This document shows, piece after piece, positions 59,645-64,000 of a stretch of 64,000 nucleotides of DNA. The notes beneath the pieces were generated by a model that was given only the letters and a program-made list of their open reading frames with translations, did no database searches and was not told the DNA's origin. Position 1 is the first letter of the stretch; each line of letters begins with the position of its first letter. This DNA is from Emticicia sp. C21 (GTDB taxonomy: Bacteria > Bacteroidota > Bacteroidia > Cytophagales > Spirosomataceae): the NCBI RefSeq assembly GCF_003418935.1, contig NZ_QVMT01000014.1:27143-91142 (forward strand), read 5' to 3'. Made by a program: the position numbers and the translations under genes.

Positions 59645-60622
59645 ATGAAAGTTTCAAGAATGTTTTTTAGTGCCGTGCTTATTGGTACGTTAGGTTTTTT
59701 CCAGATGTCTTGTGAAGATTCCACTAATGATCCAGACCCTAATTCAACAACTGGTACATTAAAAGTTAGTATTACCGATTCTCCTATTGATTCGCCGGAT
59801 GTAAAAGCTGTTTTTGTAACAGTAACAGCAATTAAAGTAGATGGGAAAACATTTGACGGTTTTAAAGGTCCTAAAACAGTCAATCTATTGGAACTACAAA
59901 ATGGTAATTCATTAAGTTTGGGTGATGGCAATTTTAATACCGGTACTTTCAATAAGATTTCGCTTGTATTAGATTATGAAAAAGACCAATCTGGTGCAGC
60001 GCCGGGTTGTTATGTGCAGAAAGCCGATAACACCAAACAGAAATTACAATTAACGGGGAGTACACAAAATTCAATTGATTTAACCACCAAAGAATTCCTT
60101 GTCAAGGAGGGTACCACTACAGATATTGTTCTAGACTTTGATTTACGCAAAGCTATCAAGAGCGAAACATCAGGTAGCCAGACAACGTATTCTTTTGTAA
60201 GTTATGGAGAGTTACAATCATCTATCAGAATGGTGGAACGTAATTCGGCAGGTAATATCACAGGTAAAATAGATAACTACAATGCCAATACGATGGGAAA
60301 TGTAGTTGTGTATGTATATAAGAAAGGTACTTTCAACCAAGCTACTGAAACACAAGGACAAGGTGATGGAAAAATTCAGTTCAAAAATGCTATTACAAGT
60401 GCTAAGGTAGATGCAAACGGAAATTTCAAAGCGGCATTTTTAGAGCAAGGTGATTATGAAGTGCATTGTGCTTCTTATAATAAACCTACTGGAGGAATAT
60501 TCGGATTGGTAGCTTTATTGAATCTGACCAGTAAAAACAGTATTGATTTATCAAGCATTGCTGTTAAATCAAGCACTGATGTCAATCTGTCTATTTCAGC
60601 CAGTACATTATTAGGTTTGTAA
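59645..60622 (+). CDS. DUF4382-like lipoprotein
   Basis: Lipobox (FFQMSC); the N-terminal region GTLKVSITDSPID...VFVTVTAIKVDG resembles DUF4382 lipoproteins. Confidence 0.45.
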   Translation: MKVSRMFFSAVLIGTLGFFQMSCEDSTNDPDPNSTTGTLKVSITDSPIDSPDVKAVFVTVTAIKVDGKTFDGFKGPKTVNLLELQNGNSLSLGDGNFNTGTFNKISLVLDYEKDQSGAAPGCYVQKADNTKQKLQLTGSTQNSIDLTTKEFLVKEGTTTDIVLDFDLRKAIKSETSGSQTTYSFVSYGELQSSIRMVERNSAGNITGKIDNYNANTMGNVVVYVYKKGTFNQATETQGQGDGKIQFKNAITSAKVDANGNFKAAFLEQGDYEVHCASYNKPTGGIFGLVALLNLTSKNSIDLSSIAVKSSTDVNLSISASTLLGL

Positions 60623-60721
60623 TCCTGTTTATTCGTACATATATAAAATAGCCATGAAAAAAATGTGTTGCCTGTCTTCGGAATAGAAACACATTTATAT
60701 TGAAGTAGAATTGTTTTAACT

Positions 60722-60762
60722 CACACATCAGGCCGCTAAAAGCGGCCTGATGTGATTATATG
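60722..60762 (+). terminator. strong hairpin downstream of 59645..60622
   Basis: cacatcaggccgc-taaaa-gcggcctgatgtg: a 13-bp perfect stem without a clear T-tract. Confidence 0.4.
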
Positions 60763-61138
60763 CCTATAGTATTTAGCGTATATTAAATCTACTTAGCATC
60801 ATTGCTTTTATGACAAGAACTAATAGATTCTAAAGTATTATTCGGTACTCTTTTGTTGTGAAAATATTATTGTTATGCTGGTGACTAAAGTTAGTGGGGT
60901 CTTCTTCTTAATAGCTAATGCTTAATATTTTTCTGCAATTTTGTTTAAAAAGCCTGTAGAATCAGGTTTGTTTTTTTGTTTGACTATTCTTTGCTACATA
61001 TAATCAATTATCAACTTTTAAACATAATCAAACGTGCAAAATTTAAGTGCAACCAAACTAATTTCGTAAAAATTAGCGGCTATTGCTATTAGCCGCTTTC
61101 TTCTGATTTCTTGTTCAGATCAAAAAACAGAAGCTCCT

Positions 61139-61606
61139 ATGCCTAATACGTTTAATCTTAAAAATTATGTGTTCAAGAATCAGGATCCACAATCGATAGC
61201 GGCAAGAAACGCGATTAATAGAGGTACAAGACCAAAAAATGCAAGAACAATATCTGACTCTACAGGTTATGCAAATATCGGGTTTAATCCATCTGGGTTT
61301 CAGTATATTAGTGGAAGTTCAGTGTATAGACCAAGTGCCTATGTTCAAAATTATTTTCCACATTCAATTACAGTAGAAATTCAATCTTCAAAGGCCAATA
61401 TTTCTAATATATCAACAGGGTCTGCAGGTTCACATTCTCAACTCAATAGTAAAACATATAGGATTACTGTTGGGGCTGGTTCGTCAGTACTTTCAAATTT
61501 TGATATGACTCTTGATAGTACTGAGGCTTCGGCTAGTATATACATGGTTTCACCATATTATGTTGCTCCAAATTGGTCAAATGATTGGGTATATCCGATT
61601 AAATAA
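61139..61606 (+). CDS. hypothetical protein
   Basis: 155-aa ORF with no motif. Confidence 0.35.
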   Translation: MPNTFNLKNYVFKNQDPQSIAARNAINRGTRPKNARTISDSTGYANIGFNPSGFQYISGSSVYRPSAYVQNYFPHSITVEIQSSKANISNISTGSAGSHSQLNSKTYRITVGAGSSVLSNFDMTLDSTEASASIYMVSPYYVAPNWSNDWVYPIK

Positions 61607-61713
61607 TATTTTTAGATAATGTAATTTGGCATTCGGGGATATTGATTTAAAATCAATATCCCCGAATTTGTTTTAAACGCTTTTGTCAAAACCTAATAGA
61701 ATATTAAGATAGA

Positions 61714-63147
61714 TTAAACAGAAAGAAGCTTTTGTATCTGATTGTTACTAACTAGATTTGGTGTTTTTGGGAAGAATAAGTGAAACTTAGCGCCTTTATC
61801 TAATTCACCTTCGGCAAAGATAAAACCGTTATGATTACCCATTACCCGCTTGCAGATAGCTAAACCAATACCTGTACCTTCATAATCCTGGCGACCATGC
61901 AGGCGTTGGAAAATGACAAAAATCTTTTCGGCATAATCGCGCTCAAATCCAATACCATTATCCTGAAAACAAAGATGGTAGAAGGTACTTTCTTCTCTGA
62001 TACCCTCAATAAAGAATATATCTTTCCCCGACATCTCTTCTGATGTGATTTCAATTAACGGAGCCACACCCTTTTGGGAAAATTTTATTGAATTACTCAG
62101 AAGATTATAAAAGAGTTGCTTGAGTTGAAACGAAAAGCCTAATATAAGAGGTAGATCTTCTGTAATAATTCTCACTTTCTTTTCATCTATAGATATAGAA
62201 ATATCACTTTCTACTTCCTCCAGTATTTCGTTTAAATTAACTACTTCAAATTCCTGGTCTCGATGATTCACTGTGCGGGAAAAAGTGAGTAAGTCATCAA
62301 TAAGTAATTGCATCCGCTCGGCAGATTTATCTATTTTATCAAGCGATTCCTGCCCATCCTGATTTAGTGCCTGATAATGTCTTTTCATCAGGATGCCACT
62401 AAAAGCTCTTATTTTACGTAGCGGCTCTTTTAAATCGTGTGAAGCTACATAAGCAAACTGTTCCAGTTCTGAATTAGAACGTTGTAATTTATCAACATTA
62501 TTCTCCAATGCTTTCTGGAAATTAATACGCTTGCGAAGCTCATAGATAAGAAAGCCAAATGAAGCAAATAATAGCAGCACTGAAAAAGTAGAAAGGGCTA
62601 TAATATAGGCTGGTAAATTCTTATCATTAGTGATTTTCAGATCATATTTATTGTTCAGAATCTGCTTTTCGGTTAATTGAAACAGGTTCATCGTATTGCT
62701 TATCTCATCCATCTTGTTTTTATCCTCTCTGAGGTTGTCAGGACTGATAGGCTGCTTGGCTCTGGCTAATTTGACGTTGGCGTCAGTAATTTTAATTTTA
62801 TCGGCAATCAATTTCTTCAGGTGCGTAAGTCTTGACATTTGCCGTTCGTTATGCTCTACCAAATCTTCCAGATCGTTAATGATTTTCCCAACCACCCGAT
62901 AAGCATCATAATAAGGATTCAGAAATACATTGCGCTGTGTAAGAAGATAGCCCCGCTGCCCCGCTTCCATGTCTTTCATTTTCGAGATCAACTCTTCTCC
63001 TTTCATCATTACCTGATAGTTACGCTCAATATCGTCCATATAAGCCAATGTCTGATGCACTTTTACATACGAGATGATAGTAAGTATCAGCAAAAGGATA
63101 ATACAGGAGATAAACGAAAGCGTTACATATCTGAACGGTTTACGCAT
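61714..63147 (-). CDS. sensor histidine kinase with CHASE3 domain
   Basis: N-terminal TM plus a CHASE3-like region; HisKA H-box ASHDLKEPLRKI; HATPase_c (GTGIGLAICKRV). Confidence 0.8.
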   Translation of the reverse strand: MRKPFRYVTLSFISCIILLLILTIISYVKVHQTLAYMDDIERNYQVMMKGEELISKMKDMEAGQRGYLLTQRNVFLNPYYDAYRVVGKIINDLEDLVEHNERQMSRLTHLKKLIADKIKITDANVKLARAKQPISPDNLREDKNKMDEISNTMNLFQLTEKQILNNKYDLKITNDKNLPAYIIALSTFSVLLLFASFGFLIYELRKRINFQKALENNVDKLQRSNSELEQFAYVASHDLKEPLRKIRAFSGILMKRHYQALNQDGQESLDKIDKSAERMQLLIDDLLTFSRTVNHRDQEFEVVNLNEILEEVESDISISIDEKKVRIITEDLPLILGFSFQLKQLFYNLLSNSIKFSQKGVAPLIEITSEEMSGKDIFFIEGIREESTFYHLCFQDNGIGFERDYAEKIFVIFQRLHGRQDYEGTGIGLAICKRVMGNHNGFIFAEGELDKGAKFHLFFPKTPNLVSNNQIQKLLSV

Positions 63148-63438
63148 AAATTATAGGTTTATGTAGCAATGTAACGTTGGTCTTAGCCTTAAAAACGAAA
63201 AGTAATGAGATTTAGTAAGTCAAAGTTAAAAATTCTCTTCCTAATTTTCAGACTAATCTCAATATAATTTAGACTTCAATAAGTAATCTTATACTGGAAA
63301 ACAAAGATTCTGGGGTGTATTTTCCCCAGTTTGTATAACAAATATAAGTAAAAAATAGAGAAAAGAATTGTGGTACGGTTATTTTCTCTATTAATAAAAA
63401 TTGCTTATAAGAGCTTTACACACAAACACTTATAATAT

Positions 63439-64000
63439 TATGGCAGAGTTAACAGATTCACGGAAAAGAGCCTTTACAGGGGTACTTGTAGGAGCTTTGG
63501 CAGTAGCTACAGCTTTCGGAGTATATCAGGCTTACCGGTCGAGCGAAATAGCAGATGAACGTGATAGATTTACTATACAATCAGACTCATTGAATACAGT
63601 AAAGAAAAATCTTGAAGATGAAATCAACGGGTTAACCAAAGATTTGAACGATGAGCGTGACGAAAATGCTGAGTTGGTAAACAAAACTGAATATATCAAC
63701 GGTTTATTGGCCGAAAAAGAAAAGGTCGTAACACGTTTGAACAGAGAAACAGCCAATTTAAGAAAACAAGGCAAATCGAAAGATGAGCAACTGACTATTC
63801 TGAATAATCAGATTATTGCTTTGAACGATGTTAAAGCTTTAATGGAAAGAAACTTAACAGATTTGCAGGCAAATAATGCTACTTTGGTTTCTGAAAATAC
63901 TGAATGGAAAGCTAAATATGATGAATTGAGAACGCAAAGCGACGAATTGAATACGCGTATTGCCTCATTAAACAAGAAAGTAGATGATATTATATACGAT
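63439..64000 (+). CDS. coiled-coil protein (3' partial, runs off window)
   Basis: ATG at 63439, with the open frame continuing to the end of the window. There is an N-terminal TM helix followed by heptad-rich sequence. It is not in the ORF track because no stop codon falls within the window. Confidence 0.4.

Overview
The window looks like a Bacteroidetes chromosomal segment (probably Cytophagia or Sphingobacteriia-like). Evidence for the phylum assignment: TTG/TTTG(-33)...TAnnTTTG(-7) promoter boxes upstream of tRNA genes, a 'PNPVTD...' T9SS C-terminal sorting domain on a 930-aa secreted protein, a single rel/spoT gene, and weak or absent Shine-Dalgarno signals. Housekeeping genes recognised: relA/spoT, tRNA-Leu(TAG), trigger factor, gpmI, a low-molecular-weight tyrosine phosphatase, rpmH-rnpA, clpP, a nuoI-nuoJ-nuoK trio, rpe, chrA, an S9 DPP-IV-type peptidase, and several two-component regulators.

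The standout accessory region is roughly 22.6-34.1 kb: an RNA-repair/Ro60 island. On one strand it carries a PcfJ-like protein, a DraRnl (DRB0094)-type ATP-dependent RNA ligase, an unknown 222-aa protein, an endonuclease V-like protein, an unknown 104-aa protein, a Ro60/Rsr orthologue (TROVE plus vWA with a DxSGS MIDAS motif), an SPFH/band-7 protein, and an RtcB RNA ligase with an N-terminal extension. Interleaved with these is a dense array of tRNA-related RNAs. That array holds at least eight canonical-looking tRNAs (His, Asn, Gln, Lys, Ile, Arg-TCT, Met, Asp), many with atypical AT-rich acceptor stems that start with T or A. It also holds degenerate tRNA-like remnants. Two elements are circularly permuted tRNA-like modules (T-arm, closed acceptor hairpin, D-arm). 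Their architecture matches what I recall for bacterial YrlA-type Y RNAs, which are the known RNA partners of Rsr. The units are separated by conserved spacer boxes.

A second accessory feature is a ~4-kb insertion downstream of tRNA-Arg(ACG). It is flanked by an ~85-bp duplication of the tRNA 3' end plus its terminator. It carries a large FtsX-type ABC permease and an IS1-family element, with no integrase.

Other notable points: NuoI carries a ~280-aa K/P/E-rich tail encoded by 105-bp tandem repeats. There is a histidine kinase / beta-lactamase-like / LytTR operon. Candidate small RNA or micro-peptide loci sit downstream of clpP. There is a cysteine-rich multi-repeat secreted protein. No CRISPR arrays or rRNA genes were seen.
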